Shown here: positions 38,069 through 49,700 of the stretch, piece by piece
How positions within the stretch are numbered: position 1 is the first letter of the stretch
Layout: each line of letters starts with the position of its first letter
NCBI GenBank assembly: GCA_963666485.2
Contig: CAXXUO010000001.1
Coordinates: forward strand, 416,001-480,000
DNA: 64,000 bases
From: Syntrophorhabdaceae bacterium
GTDB lineage: Bacteria > Desulfobacterota > Syntrophorhabdia > Syntrophorhabdales > Syntrophorhabdaceae
Direction of reading: 5' to 3'
Notes under the pieces: model-generated
Databases searched by the model: none
What the model was told of the DNA's origin: nothing
What the model saw: only the letters and a program-made list of their open reading frames with translations
Program-made: the position numbers and the translations under genes

Positions 38069-38260
38069 AACGGCGTACGGCTGACGGCGTAAGGCGTACG
38101 GTGAAACGGGAAAAGCAAAAGGCAAAGAAAAGACGAAAGGCGAGGAAGAAAGTCCCGCTTATTCCAAAGGAACATTAGCGGGTTTGGGTACTTCCCGAAC
38201 ATAGCATAAAACCTGAGGCGGTTTTTTCCGTACGCCGTACGCCGTCAGCCGTACGCCGTT
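38069..38260. repeat. Inverted heptamer-repeat pair (CGGCGTA / TACGCCG) with an AAAGGC-type array
   Basis: cggcgtacggctgacggcgtaaggcgtacgg (38071-38101) pairs with ccgtacgccgtacgccgtcagccgtacgccg (38228-38258). Confidence 0.85.
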
Positions 38261-38487
38261 TAATTTTTCGCTCTCCAGCCCTTTTTCTCGAGACAAATCC
38301 TTGTCCCGTCGTTGACGGCTGCTCAGGTGTCGGGGAGGCCGCGGACTGCGAGGTCCTTTCTCACCTGGGCCTCGCAGGCGGTCCTGTCTTTTTCGAAATC
38401 ATCCCCGGTCTTGCCGGGCTTGGTGTATACGGTCGCGCAACCTGCGAGAAGCATGGCGGCCGCAAATAATAGCAGGGTCCTTTTCAT
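38260..38487 (-). CDS. Small lipoprotein with an in-frame UGA: candidate selenoprotein (75 aa, Sec55)
   Basis: MKRTLLLFAAAMLLAG-C-ATVYTKPGKTGDDFEKDRTACEAQVRKDLAVRGLPDT-[TGA]-AAVNDGTRICLEKKGWRAKN*. Has a lipobox and GGAG RBS, and a SECIS-like hairpin follows the TGA. Confidence 0.7.
38289..38322 (-). promoter_or_regulatory. Putative SECIS element of the small lipoprotein
   Basis: 8-bp stem CGGGACAA(GGAU)UUGUCUCG; the loop starts 22 nt after UGA. Confidence 0.65.
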
Positions 38488-38541
38488 GAAATACTTAACT
38501 CCGGATAGGTATTCATTACAGTGCCCTTAACGGGCAGGCAA

Positions 38542-39429
38542 TCACTTGAAATCAACGGTAACGGGGTTGTTGAATTCCAGCTTCAGGCCCTCTATTCCCT
38601 TTACCATTGATTTGATCTCTTCAACCGATTGAGGCTGCGCCTCGTTTATTTTTTTCAGAAGCGCTGCATCGCCGACCAGTTTCCCGAAATCCATGTCGAT
38701 AAGCGTTATCTTCTTGTCCGTACGATATGTCGCGTTCGTGCTCACTATGTCGCCCATCATGTTGAGGACGATGCTGACCTTCATGTCCTTGAACATCGAT
38801 TTCATCATCTCGACCGCATTCGGGTCTTCGGCTTCGTCTTTTTTCTTGGCCTCGTCCTTCTTATCTTTCTTGTCTTCCGTTTTCGGCGGCGGCATCGTTA
38901 CCGAAAGCCGTGAAACCGGGCCTTTCTTGAATGCAAACTTTATGTTGTCATCCGCCGCCGCGCTGGCGTCATCTTTCTTTGAATCGCCCGGCGTCTTCTT
39001 GCCCGGGTTCTGATTGAGGGTCACCTTGCTTATGTCATTGAAACTGTAGATGGCCGTATATCCCGAGGCCGTTTTGGTCTTTGCCGGTTTTGCCGAGACG
39101 AACTTCACGCCTTCGCCGTAGTCCTTCGCATTGGTCTTCGCTTTCTCCATCATTTCGTCTATGAAAGAATCGTCCCCCTGCGGTTTTGCGCTTTCGGCCT
39201 TCCCCTTGTCTTCTCCCGCCGCCTCGTTCAAACCCTTTGTCAGGCCCTGCATCATCTCTATAAAGGAATTTCCCATGAGCACCGTCTCTTCAATCGTGCC
39301 GCTGCCGTCGGGCTTGATGTTCAATACCATGTTGTCCTGTATGCACCCGGAGAGAAGAAATATCGCGGCGCAAACGGCACTTAATTTCAGGGTCATCCAA
39401 AAACGGTGCGGCTTTTTCGCTGCGGTCAT
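38542..39429 (-). CDS. Hypothetical lipoprotein
   Basis: GGAGG RBS, lipobox LSGC, and IKPDGSGT motif. Confidence 0.8.
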   Translation of the reverse strand: MTAAKKPHRFWMTLKLSAVCAAIFLLSGCIQDNMVLNIKPDGSGTIEETVLMGNSFIEMMQGLTKGLNEAAGEDKGKAESAKPQGDDSFIDEMMEKAKTNAKDYGEGVKFVSAKPAKTKTASGYTAIYSFNDISKVTLNQNPGKKTPGDSKKDDASAAADDNIKFAFKKGPVSRLSVTMPPPKTEDKKDKKDEAKKKDEAEDPNAVEMMKSMFKDMKVSIVLNMMGDIVSTNATYRTDKKITLIDMDFGKLVGDAALLKKINEAQPQSVEEIKSMVKGIEGLKLEFNNPVTVDFK

Positions 39430-39508
39430 GGGGCATCCTCCTGAAAGGGCTTTCAATCTTGAAAAACTACCACATGCTATCAATGCGGACAGGGCGAGTC
39501 AAGACAAT

Positions 39509-40534
39509 TCACGGGGACGTGATGCCCTGCATATCGGGGATATCACCGGGCGTGCGCTTTCTGTATCTCGGGTATGTCCGGCCAAGCTCGTCGATGACCT
39601 CGATGAGCCCCTCCTTCGTGCCCGTCCGGAAAGCCCTGTTCCGCAAGGGCCGCAGCCCCCCGAGACCGCGCGTATACCAGATGAAGAACTTGTGAAAGAG
39701 ACCGACCCCCCGTTTTTCACCCCAGTGCTCAACGGCCATATCCAGGTGGCGTTTCATGACAGCGATGCGCTCGGATACGTCGGGCCTCGGGATGATCGTC
39801 CCGTCCGTCATGTAGCGTATCGTCTCGGTGAATATCCACGGGTTGCCGAGCGCCCCGCGGGCGATGGCGACGCCGTCGCAGCCCGTTTCGCTGAACATCC
39901 TGCCGATCTTCTCCCGCGAGAGATTATCCCCGGAGGCTATAACCGGTATCCTGAGCGCCTGCTTTACAGCCCTGATGACCTCGTAATCCACCATGCCGCT
40001 GTATCCCTGCACTTTTGTCCTGCCGTGAATGAAAAGGCAGGCTATGCCCGCATCCTCGGCACGCAGGGCCACATCCCGGGCGTTCACCGAATCGGCATCC
40101 CACCCCGCCCTTATCTTGACGGCGACAGGAACGGGGCTTTGCCGGACAAGGGCCGAGAGGATCCCGGCGAGCCTCTTCGGCTCCTTCATGAGGGCCGCGC
40201 CCTTCCCTTTGCGCGTGACCTTCGGCGACGGGCATGCGGCGTTGAAATCCACGAGGTCGACGGCCCGCCCGTCAAGTCGCTCTATGGCGAGCGGTACCTG
40301 CGATTCGCTGCTCCCGAGGAACTGCACCCCGAGCGGTGAGTCTTCCGGTGACGATGAGAGCATGTGCGTCGTCCGCTTGTCTCTTTGCGATATCGCATTG
40401 ATGTCGATCATTTCCGTAAAAGCCAGCGGCGCGCCGAACGAGCGGCTGATAAGCCTGAACGGCAGATCGCTCACCCCGGCCATGGGGGAAAGCATGACGG
40501 GAACGGGAAGCGAGATAGCGCCGATCTTGAGCAT
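39509..40534 (-). CDS. dusB: tRNA-dihydrouridine synthase DusB
   Basis: SPMAGVSD, NAACP, VKIRAGW, IHGRT and ARGALGNPWIF. Confidence 0.92.
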   Translation of the reverse strand: MLKIGAISLPVPVMLSPMAGVSDLPFRLISRSFGAPLAFTEMIDINAISQRDKRTTHMLSSSPEDSPLGVQFLGSSESQVPLAIERLDGRAVDLVDFNAACPSPKVTRKGKGAALMKEPKRLAGILSALVRQSPVPVAVKIRAGWDADSVNARDVALRAEDAGIACLFIHGRTKVQGYSGMVDYEVIRAVKQALRIPVIASGDNLSREKIGRMFSETGCDGVAIARGALGNPWIFTETIRYMTDGTIIPRPDVSERIAVMKRHLDMAVEHWGEKRGVGLFHKFFIWYTRGLGGLRPLRNRAFRTGTKEGLIEVIDELGRTYPRYRKRTPGDIPDMQGITSP

Positions 40535-40548
40535 GTCTATTGTAACCA

Positions 40549-40664
40549 CAGGCGAGGGGCAATAGGCAATAGGCGATGGGAGAAAATTCTTTTGATCATC
40601 TATTACCCATCACCTATTACCTATTACCCGATAACCCATTGCCCATCGCCTATCGCCCCTCGCC
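40549..40664. repeat. Inverted heptamer-repeat pair (AGGCAAT / ATTGCCT-type) in the divergent dusB-glyQ region
   Basis: aggcgaggggcaataggcaataggcgatggg pairs with cccattgcccatcgcctatcgcccctcgcct; internal ctattac units. Confidence 0.8.
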
Positions 40665-40728
40665 TGTCTTATTTAAAATCATTGATAATTCGCCGTTTCC
40701 TGTGTTATAAAAACGAGGATTTTTTGAC

Positions 40729-41601
40729 ATGTACTTTCAGGACCTCATACTTGCACTGCAAAAATTCTGGGCTGAACGGGGATGCATCGTCCAGCAGCCC
40801 TATGATATGGAAGTCGGGGCAGGCACTTTTCATCCCGCCACTCTGCTTCGGTGCCTCGGTCCCGAACCATGGAACACGGCCTATGTCCAGCCGTCGCGCA
40901 GGCCTGCCGACGGACGCTACGGTGAGAACCCCAACCGTCTCCAGCACTATTACCAGTTCCAGGTCATCATGAAGCCCTCGCCGAAGGATATCCAGAACAT
41001 CTACATCGAAAGCCTGAAGAGCTTCGGTATCGATACCGGGTACCACGACATACGCTTTGTCGAGGACGACTGGGAATCACCGACGCTGGGCGCCTGGGGG
41101 CTCGGCTGGGAGGTGTGGCTCGACGGCATGGAGATCACCCAGTTCACCTATTTCCAGCAGGCGGGAGGGATCAACCTTTCCCCCGTATGCGTGGAGATCA
41201 CGTACGGCATCGAGCGCATCGCGATGTACCTGCAGGACGTCGACAACGTGTACCACGTGAAGTGGAATAAAGATATCCTCTACGGCGACGTCTTCCTCGA
41301 ACCGGAGAAGGAATTTTCCATATACAATTTTGAAGAATCCGACCCCGTCATGCTGAGAAACCTTTTCGACACATTCGAGCGTGAAGGGGAGAAACTTATC
41401 AAGACGCGGGGGCTCATCTACCCGGCTTACGACTTCTGTCTGAAATGCTCGCATGTCTTCAACCTTCTCGATGCCCGCGGTGCGATCAGCGTCACCGAGC
41501 GCGCCAATTACATTGCGCGGGTCAGGAATCTCGCGAAGATGTGCGCGGAACTTTACGTCCAGAAGCGTGAAGAACTCGGCTTCCCCCTGCTCAAGCAATA
41601 A
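40729..41601 (+). CDS. glyQ: Glycine--tRNA ligase alpha subunit
   Basis: [32 protein letters not shown] and [19 protein letters not shown]. Confidence 0.98.
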   Translation: MYFQDLILALQKFWAERGCIVQQPYDMEVGAGTFHPATLLRCLGPEPWNTAYVQPSRRPADGRYGENPNRLQHYYQFQVIMKPSPKDIQNIYIESLKSFGIDTGYHDIRFVEDDWESPTLGAWGLGWEVWLDGMEITQFTYFQQAGGINLSPVCVEITYGIERIAMYLQDVDNVYHVKWNKDILYGDVFLEPEKEFSIYNFEESDPVMLRNLFDTFEREGEKLIKTRGLIYPAYDFCLKCSHVFNLLDARGAISVTERANYIARVRNLAKMCAELYVQKREELGFPLLKQ

Positions 41602-41649
41602 TACGGCTCCGTATCGGAGTGGCTTCAATACGTTGCGAAGGAAAGGAAC

Positions 41650-43725
41650 ATGAGCGAATTTTTGCTTTTAGAGATCGGGACGGAAGAGATACCGGCCCGG
41701 TTCCTCGAGCCGGCCAAAGAAGGGCTCCTCAAGCTCGTCCGCGACACGTTCACCCAGTCGCGGATAGGCTTCGGCGCCGTAAATATACAGGCGACGCCGC
41801 GCCGCATGGCGCTTTTTGTCCAGGACGTCGCGGAAAAACAGGAAGAGACCGTTACCGTGAAGTTCGGGCCTCCCTACAACCGCGCATTCGATGAATCCGG
41901 AAACCCGACAAAGGCCGCCATCGGCTTCGCAAAATCGCAGGGCGCTGAGGTCGGCGACCTGACCAAAGGCATAAAAGACAACGTCGAGTTCGTAACGCTC
42001 GAAAAGCTGGAAAAGGGTGAACCCACCATCGATATGCTCCCCCGGCTTCTTCCGGACATTATCGCAAAGATCCCCTTCCAGAAGAAAATGCACTGGGGGT
42101 CGGAGACCTACGAATACGCGCGTCCCATCCAGTGGGTCATGTGCATACTGGGCGGCCGGGCGATAACGTTCCCCGTTGCGGACGTGGTGAGCAAGCCTGT
42201 CACGTTCGGCCACCGGTTCCTGTCGAGCGGCCCGATCGATATCAGCCATCCCCTCGACTACGTCGATGCGCTCAGAAAGAACTTCATCATAATAAATGAA
42301 GATGAGCGCCTCGAGATCATACGGGACGGCATAGCCAGGATCGAGAAAGAAACGGGAGGCCAGGCGATCAGGGACGAAGAGCTCGTCAGGGAGATCCTCT
42401 ACATAACCGAATATCCTTATCCCCTCAAAGGCTCTTTCGAAGAGGTGTACCTCACCATACCGAAGGAGGTCCTCGTCAATGTCATGAAGGCCCATCAACG
42501 GTACATCCCGATCGAAGACTCAACGGGCAGACTTTTGCCTTATTTCATATTCTTTGCCAACACCGTCCCGAAGGACGATGCAAACGTCGTCCGCGGCAAT
42601 GAAAAGGTCCTTCGGGCACGCCTTGCGGACGCCCGGTTCTTCTTCGACGAGGACAGAAAAATAAAACTGGCGGACCGTTTCGAGCGCCTTTCCTCCGTCG
42701 TTTTCCACGTCAAACTGGGAACACTGAAGGACAAGATGGACCGGGTTAAAAAGATCTCACTCGATCTTGCCTCCCTTGTTGACCCGTCGGCAGCGCCGCG
42801 GCTCGAAAGGCTTGTCCCGCTCATGAAGACCGACCTTGCGACGCACATGGTCGGCGAGTTCCCGGAATTGCAGGGGACGATGGGGCGGATATACGCCGCG
42901 CTCGAGGGAGAAGATGCCGAGGTGGCGAGCGCCATCGAGGAACATTACCTGCCGACAGGCGGGATGAGCAGCCTCCCGGAGACATCCGTCGGCTCAATAG
43001 CGGCGATCGCTGACAAACTCGATTCCATCGTCGCGTTCTTCTCGGTCGGCATCAACCCGACGGGGAACCTCGATCCTTACGCGCTGCGCCGCCAATCGCT
43101 TGGCATTATCAAGATAGTGATCGACCGTGCCTTGCTGCTGCCCCTCCAGGCGATCATCGAGAAAGCCTACGAGGCGGGAGCGGGCATACAGAAGAGGCTC
43201 CCTCTCGACGAGGCGCGGGCCTCTATAACCGAGTTCATATCCACCCGCTTCAAATTCGCCATGCTGGAAGAAGGCCACAACCAGGACTTCGTCGAGAGCG
43301 TCCTGCCCTGCGTTGCCGCCGATATTTACGACGGGTACACGCGGCTTATGTCCCTCGAGACGCAAAGGTCCATGGAAGATTTCCAGAGACTTATGGTCGG
43401 CTTCCGCCGGGTGTATAATATTACGAAGCAGATCACCGGTGCCGCACCCGTTGATCCGGCTGTGCTCTTCCTCGACGAGGAGAAAGAGCTGTTCCGGCTT
43501 TACTCGGCCAAAAAAGATACCTTCTTCAGCCATGTGAAAGAACGCGACTATGACAATGCGCTTGCCCTTCTTGTCGGCTTCAAGGAAACGATCGACAATT
43601 TCTTCGATAAGGTCTTCGTCATGGACAAGGACGAAACCGTCAAGACGAACAGGCTCGCATTGCTGACGCATATAAAAGATATGTTCTTGACCTTTGCAGA
43701 TTTCTCAAAGATACACTTCGAATAA
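41650..43725 (+). CDS. glyS: Glycine--tRNA ligase beta subunit
   Basis: LLEIGTEEIPA, TPRR, RARLADARFFF, MVGEFPELQG and DPYALRR. Confidence 0.97.
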   Translation: MSEFLLLEIGTEEIPARFLEPAKEGLLKLVRDTFTQSRIGFGAVNIQATPRRMALFVQDVAEKQEETVTVKFGPPYNRAFDESGNPTKAAIGFAKSQGAEVGDLTKGIKDNVEFVTLEKLEKGEPTIDMLPRLLPDIIAKIPFQKKMHWGSETYEYARPIQWVMCILGGRAITFPVADVVSKPVTFGHRFLSSGPIDISHPLDYVDALRKNFIIINEDERLEIIRDGIARIEKETGGQAIRDEELVREILYITEYPYPLKGSFEEVYLTIPKEVLVNVMKAHQRYIPIEDSTGRLLPYFIFFANTVPKDDANVVRGNEKVLRARLADARFFFDEDRKIKLADRFERLSSVVFHVKLGTLKDKMDRVKKISLDLASLVDPSAAPRLERLVPLMKTDLATHMVGEFPELQGTMGRIYAALEGEDAEVASAIEEHYLPTGGMSSLPETSVGSIAAIADKLDSIVAFFSVGINPTGNLDPYALRRQSLGIIKIVIDRALLLPLQAIIEKAYEAGAGIQKRLPLDEARASITEFISTRFKFAMLEEGHNQDFVESVLPCVAADIYDGYTRLMSLETQRSMEDFQRLMVGFRRVYNITKQITGAAPVDPAVLFLDEEKELFRLYSAKKDTFFSHVKERDYDNALALLVGFKETIDNFFDKVFVMDKDETVKTNRLALLTHIKDMFLTFADFSKIHFE

Positions 43726-43737
43726 AAGGAGGAGCAC

Positions 43738-46521
43738 ATGGCAAAAAACAAGATGGTATATTTCTTTGGCGGAAAAAAATCCGAAGGCAGCCTGAAGCTC
43801 AAGAATCTCCTGGGCGGAAAAGGTGCCGGTCTCGCCGACATGTCCAACCTCGGCATACCTGTTCCTCCGGGCTTCACTATCACGACCGAAGTTTGCACCC
43901 TCTTCTATGAAAACAAAGGGAAGCTTCCGAAAGGCCTCGACAAGGAAGTTGCTGAAAATATCAAGAAGGTCGAAAAGATCATGGGCGCGAAGTTCGGCGA
44001 CCCCAAAAACCCCCTTCTCTTCTCCGTCCGTTCCGGCGCGCGCGTCAGCATGCCCGGCATGATGGACACCGTCCTCAACCTCGGCCTCAACGAAAAGACC
44101 GTCGAAGGCCTTGCGAAGCTGACGAAGAACCCCCGTTTTGCCTATGACTGCTACCGCCGCTTTGTCCAGATGTACGGCGACGTCGTCCTCGGCCTCAAGC
44201 CGGAAAAAGAGGGCGAGCATGACCCGTTCGAGGTTATCATCGACAAGAAGAAGAAACAGCGCGGTACCACATCGGACACGGACCTCACGGTCGATGATCT
44301 CAAAGACCTGGTGAGCGAATTCAAGAAGACGATCAAACAGCGCCTTCGCGTGACCTTCCCGGAAAATCCCATGGACCAGCTGTGGGGCGCTATCGGTGCG
44401 GTCTTCAAATCATGGAACACCGACCGTGCCATCGCCTATCGCCAGCTCAACGATATCCCCGGCGACTGGGGTACGGCCGTCAACGTGCAGTGCATGGTCT
44501 TCGGGAACATGGGCGAGGATTGCGGTACGGGCGTGGCATTCACGAGAAACCCGTCATCCGGTGAAGATGCATTCTACGGCGAATACCTTATTAACGCCCA
44601 GGGCGAGGACGTCGTCGCGGGCATCAGGACGCCGCTTCCCATAAACAAGAAGCAGAAGACGGACAAATCCGTGAAGTCGCTCGAAGAGGTCTGGCCGGGC
44701 ATTTACAAAGAGGTCATCAAGATACGTGACACACTCGAGAAGAACTACCGCGATATGCAGGACGTCGAGTTCACGATACAGAATAAGAAGCTCTGGATGC
44801 TCCAGACACGGACCGGCAAGAGGACCGCTTTCGCGGCATTCAAGATTGCCGTCGACATGGTCAGGGAAAAACTCATCACAAAGGAAGAGGCCCTGATGAG
44901 GGTCGAGCCGGACCAGTTAAACCAGCTGCTTCGCCCGATCTTTGACCCGAAGGAAAAAGAGAAGGCACTGAAATCCGGGAGCCTCCTGTCGAAAGCCCTC
45001 AACGCGGGGCCCGGCGCAGCAGCAGGCAAGGTTGTCTTCAACGCGGCCGATGCGGAAACATGGGCGGCCCGCAAGGAAGACGTTATTCTCGTCCGCATCG
45101 ATACATCTCCAGAAGATATCCGCGGAATGAACGCCTCCCAGGGCATCCTCACGTCCCGCGGCGGCATGACAAGCCATGCAGCACTCGTCGCCCGCCAGAT
45201 GGGCAAGGTGTGCGTGGCCGGGTGCGGCGATCTGGACATTGATTACGCGAAAAAGGTCATCCGCGTGAATGGCAAGACCATCAAAGAAGGGGACTGGGTA
45301 TCCATCGACGGGACCACGGGAGAAGTCTTCCAGGGAAAGATAAAGACAATCCCGTCGGAAGTTCTCCAGGTCATGATCGACAAGACGCTGAAGCCGGCAA
45401 AATCCCAGATTTACCGCGATTTCGCGCTCCTTATGAGCTGGGCTGACGAGGCCCGGAAGCTCGGCATCAGGACAAACGCAGACCAGCCCGACCAGGCCGC
45501 CATCGCGGTTGCGTTCGGCGCCGAGGGCATCGGCCTGTGCAGGACCGAGCACATGTTCTTCGAGGGCAACCGCATCGACGCGGTCCGCGAAATGATCATC
45601 GCCGATGACGAGGCGGGGCGGAGAAAGGCACTGGCAAAACTCCTTCCCATCCAGAAGAAAGACTTTGTCGGCCTGTTCCAGGTCATGAAGGGCCTCCCCG
45701 TGACGATCAGGACCCTCGACCCGCCGCTGCACGAGTTCCTTCCGCACACCGAAAAAGAGATGCGCCTGCTCGCAAAGCAGATGGGCATATCCTACGAGAA
45801 AGTCCTCGCCAAGGTAGACAGCCTCCACGAGGCGAACCCGATGCTCGGGCACCGCGGCTGCCGCCTCGGCATCACCTTCCCGGAGATCACCGAGATGCAG
45901 GCGAGGGCCATTTTCGAGGCCGCCGTCGATGTAAAGAAGAAAGGCATAAATGTAAGACCGGAGGTCATGATACCGCTTGTCGGCAACGTCAACGAGTTGA
46001 AGCTCCAGAAGGATATAGTCGTAAAGGTCGCAGAAGAGGTCCTGAAAAAGAACAAGGTAAAGATCGATTACATGATCGGGACCATGATCGAGATCCCGCG
46101 GGCTGCCATAACTGCGGACGAGGTGGCCAAGGAAGCCGAGTTCTTCTCATTCGGCACCAATGACCTGACCCAGATGACGCTCGGCATGAGCCGTGACGAT
46201 GCCGGTAAATTCCTCGGCGATTACGTCCAGAAGGAGATATATGCATTCGACCCGTTCCAGAGGATCGATGAGGGCGGCGTGGGAAGGCTTATGGAGATCG
46301 GCGTCGCATTGGGGCGCGGCGTGCGCAGGGACCTCAAGGTCGGCATCTGCGGCGAGCACGGCGGAGAACCCAATTCCGTCGAATTCTGCCACCGGACCGG
46401 GCTCAATTATGTCAGCTGCTCCCCGTTCCGCGTGACGATCGCAAAACTTGCCGCAGCACGGGCCGCAATAAAGGAAAAACAGTCCAAACCCGCTAAGAAG
46501 AAGGCTGCAAAGAAGAAATAA
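43738..46521 (+). CDS. ppdK: Pyruvate, phosphate dikinase
   Basis: [54 protein letters not shown] and GICGEHGG. Confidence 0.98.
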   Translation: MAKNKMVYFFGGKKSEGSLKLKNLLGGKGAGLADMSNLGIPVPPGFTITTEVCTLFYENKGKLPKGLDKEVAENIKKVEKIMGAKFGDPKNPLLFSVRSGARVSMPGMMDTVLNLGLNEKTVEGLAKLTKNPRFAYDCYRRFVQMYGDVVLGLKPEKEGEHDPFEVIIDKKKKQRGTTSDTDLTVDDLKDLVSEFKKTIKQRLRVTFPENPMDQLWGAIGAVFKSWNTDRAIAYRQLNDIPGDWGTAVNVQCMVFGNMGEDCGTGVAFTRNPSSGEDAFYGEYLINAQGEDVVAGIRTPLPINKKQKTDKSVKSLEEVWPGIYKEVIKIRDTLEKNYRDMQDVEFTIQNKKLWMLQTRTGKRTAFAAFKIAVDMVREKLITKEEALMRVEPDQLNQLLRPIFDPKEKEKALKSGSLLSKALNAGPGAAAGKVVFNAADAETWAARKEDVILVRIDTSPEDIRGMNASQGILTSRGGMTSHAALVARQMGKVCVAGCGDLDIDYAKKVIRVNGKTIKEGDWVSIDGTTGEVFQGKIKTIPSEVLQVMIDKTLKPAKSQIYRDFALLMSWADEARKLGIRTNADQPDQAAIAVAFGAEGIGLCRTEHMFFEGNRIDAVREMIIADDEAGRRKALAKLLPIQKKDFVGLFQVMKGLPVTIRTLDPPLHEFLPHTEKEMRLLAKQMGISYEKVLAKVDSLHEANPMLGHRGCRLGITFPEITEMQARAIFEAAVDVKKKGINVRPEVMIPLVGNVNELKLQKDIVVKVAEEVLKKNKVKIDYMIGTMIEIPRAAITADEVAKEAEFFSFGTNDLTQMTLGMSRDDAGKFLGDYVQKEIYAFDPFQRIDEGGVGRLMEIGVALGRGVRRDLKVGICGEHGGEPNSVEFCHRTGLNYVSCSPFRVTIAKLAAARAAIKEKQSKPAKKKAAKKK

Positions 46522-46547
46522 GGGAACTCTACGGTCAGACATTCATC

Positions 46548-46578
46548 AGGACCCCGCGATCATTCGCGGGGTCCTTTT
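46548..46578 (+). terminator. Rho-independent terminator
   Basis: AGGACCCCGCGA-TCAT-TCGCGGGGTCCT followed by TTT. Confidence 0.85.
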
Positions 46579-46725
46579 GCATCACCTGATCGCCCGGCGC
46601 GCCGACCCTCCGGAAGATTTCTGCATCATTAACGCGAAGCCCTTGAAATAACGGGATAATTTAGGGGTTGCTTTTCAAGGGCCATCCGTAATAAACAGTA
46701 TACGGTCAGGGCGCCACAATACCTC

Positions 46726-49700
46726 ATGAAAGATCCGATATCCTCTCTTCAAAAAGATGCCGAAGGCCTCGCAAGGCATATCCTCAGTCGCCATGATTTT
46801 GCGGGTCCTGAGGCTGATGGCGCGGTGCCGGTCGCAGCCGATCTCATACGCGCCCTTGCCGACAGCATAAAAATGATGCAGCCTGCCACCTTCCTCAATG
46901 CCGTTGCCCTCAAACGGGATGAAAGGGCTTCCTTTGTCGACGGTTTCGTCTCAATGCTTGAAGAAGCGGTTATGGAATGGGACATGATATCGCGCCAGAC
47001 ACGCTTCCTCTGGAGTGTTTTCCACGAGGCCCGATCGCAGTCCGTCGTGCCCGGGGAAAATCACGACGAGGGACAGCTGCTGCCGGGTTCCGAACAGTTC
47101 CTGGCCGATATCGCCGACCGTATCCCCGGCATCATTTTTCAATTTTACGCAAAGAACGACGGAACGATGGGGATATCTTATTTAAGCGGCCGGTCTTTCG
47201 AGATCTTTGGTGATGATCCGGCCCCTTCTGAAAGGCTTGACTTTTTTCTTTCCCATGCGGCCCCGTCCTGCAGGCAAGACCTGCTTGAATCGATACAGAA
47301 TGCGGTTGCCAACGAAACTGATTGGGAGTTTGAAGGCGAATACATCAAGGATTCCGGTGAATCCGTATTCTTCTCGGGAAGGTCGACCCCTGTGAGGACC
47401 GGTGACACCCTGCTTTTCACAGGCGTTCTCCTCGACATAACAGCCCGCAGGATAGCTGAAACAAAACTTGTCGAGAGCGAACGAAAATTCAGTGTCATTG
47501 CCGACCTTATGCCCCAGGTCATCTTTGAGGTCGACGAAAAGGTGAACGTCGTTTTTATCAACAAGCGGGCGTTCGAGCTCTTTGGTTACGAGGAGAGCGA
47601 TTTCCCGGAGGGTTTCAATTGCTTCGAGCATATCGCACCGGAAGATCATGCGCGGGCGATGGAAAATATCGAGAAGCTGGCCCGGGATGATGAGTCGTTC
47701 GGAAATGAGTATACCGGGATCAGGAAGGACGACACCCGATTCCCGATCATGATCTACGCAAGCAGGGTCATGCAGGATGGCCGGCTGAAAGGGTATCGCG
47801 GCATCGTCGTTGACATAACGCGGAGAAAACAGGCGGAAGAAGCGGTGAAGGAAGGCGAGGAACGTCTCCGTCAGATCATCGACCTGGTCCCCCACTTTAT
47901 ATTCGCAAAGGATGCGGACGGAAGGTTCATACTGGCGAACAAAGCTGTTGCTGGCGCATACGGTGTCGAGGTCGACGACCTTATCGGCCAGCTGGATCCC
48001 CGTTCTTTCTCGTCCGACCATCAAAGATCCGCCCTGCAGGATGATCTCGAGGTGATCCATAAGGGAACGTGCAAATATATACCGGAAGAAATCATTACGG
48101 ACGCACAGGGGAATATCCGGCATCTACAGACAATCAAGATCCCTTTCACGTTTTCGGGTACGCAGGCGCCCTCTCTTCTCGGGGTGTCCGTCGATATAAC
48201 GGAGAGAAACACAGCCCTGGAAGCCTCAAGAAAAAGCGAGGAGAGATTCAGGAAATATTTCGAAGTCCCGCTCATCGGGGTAACGATCCTCGATCCTTCG
48301 GGGAAATGGCTGGAAGTCAACGACAAATTTTGCGAAATGGCCGGGTATTCCCGCGACGAACTTCTTTCGATGAAATGGCAGGATATCACGCCTCCGGAAG
48401 ATCTGTCCCGGGAAATGGAGAAATACCTTATCTTTCTCGAAGACAGTTCCGCTTCCGTAGCGACCCGCGAAAAGAGGTATCTCCGCAGGGACGGGACCTT
48501 GATCGATGTTATCATTGCAACCCATTGCGTGAGGAAAGACGACGGCACGCCTGATTACTTATTGTGTGTCATCCAGGATATATCGCTCCGGAAAGCGGCT
48601 GAACGGAAAATGGCCCGGTCGGAACAGGAACTGCTCACCATTCTGTCCGCGTCGCCCATAGGTATCGGAAGGGTCCGCGACCGCGTGGTTGAATGGGTCA
48701 ATGAATCGTTATGCGCTATCTCCGGCTATTCGCTGGAGGAATTTACCGGGCGTGATACGAGCTATCTTTATTCAACCCTGGCCGAATACGAAAGGGTCGG
48801 CGAGCAGATCTACCGGGAAGGACAGGCCGAAACACAATGGGTAACGAAAGACGGCCGCATTGTCGATGTCTTGCTCCAGGTGTCACCGGCTGACAAGGGT
48901 GCGTATATATGCACGGTCACCGATATGACGCGCCTGAAGCGCGCGGAGGACTCCCTGAGATTCACACAATTTTCCGTGGACAGTGCCCTCGACAATATCT
49001 ACTGGATGGACGGCGGCGGCCGGTTCGCCTATGTCAATGACAGCGCCTGCAGGTCTACGGGATATAGCCGGGAAGAGCTCCTGTCGATGTCGATCCATGA
49101 CCTCGACCCGAACTACCCGGCTGAAATGTGGCCTCAGATGTGGGAGAAAATTATCAGGACGGGTTCGCGCCAGTTCGAGTCCATGCATCGAAGAAAGGAC
49201 GGCTCCCTTTTCCCTGTCGAGATAAACGTCAGCTATCTCTCTTACGACGAATTCCAGTACGCGTGTGCCTTTACCCGGGACATAACGGAACGCAAGCGGG
49301 CCGAGGAGGCCCTGCGCGAAAGCGAGGAGCGCTGGCAGTTCGCCCTCGAAGGGTCCGGCGATGGCCTGTGGGACTGGGATGTGCCGGGGAAAAAAGTGTA
49401 TTTATCAAAGCAGTATAAGGAAATGATCGGTTTTGCCGACGACGAGTTCCCGGACTCGCTTGGGGAATGGGAAAGCCGCCTTCACCCTGACGATAAAGCC
49501 GATGTTTACGCAAAACTGAACAGCCACCTTGAAGGCAAGTCGCCGGTATACATCAGCCAGTATCGCCTCAGGTCGAAGGACGGCTCTTATAAATGGATCC
49601 TGGACCGGGGCAAGGTGATCACCCGGACCGAGGACGGCAAGCCGCTTCGGGTCATCGGCATCCACACGGACATCACGGAGCGCAAGCACCTTGAGTCGCA

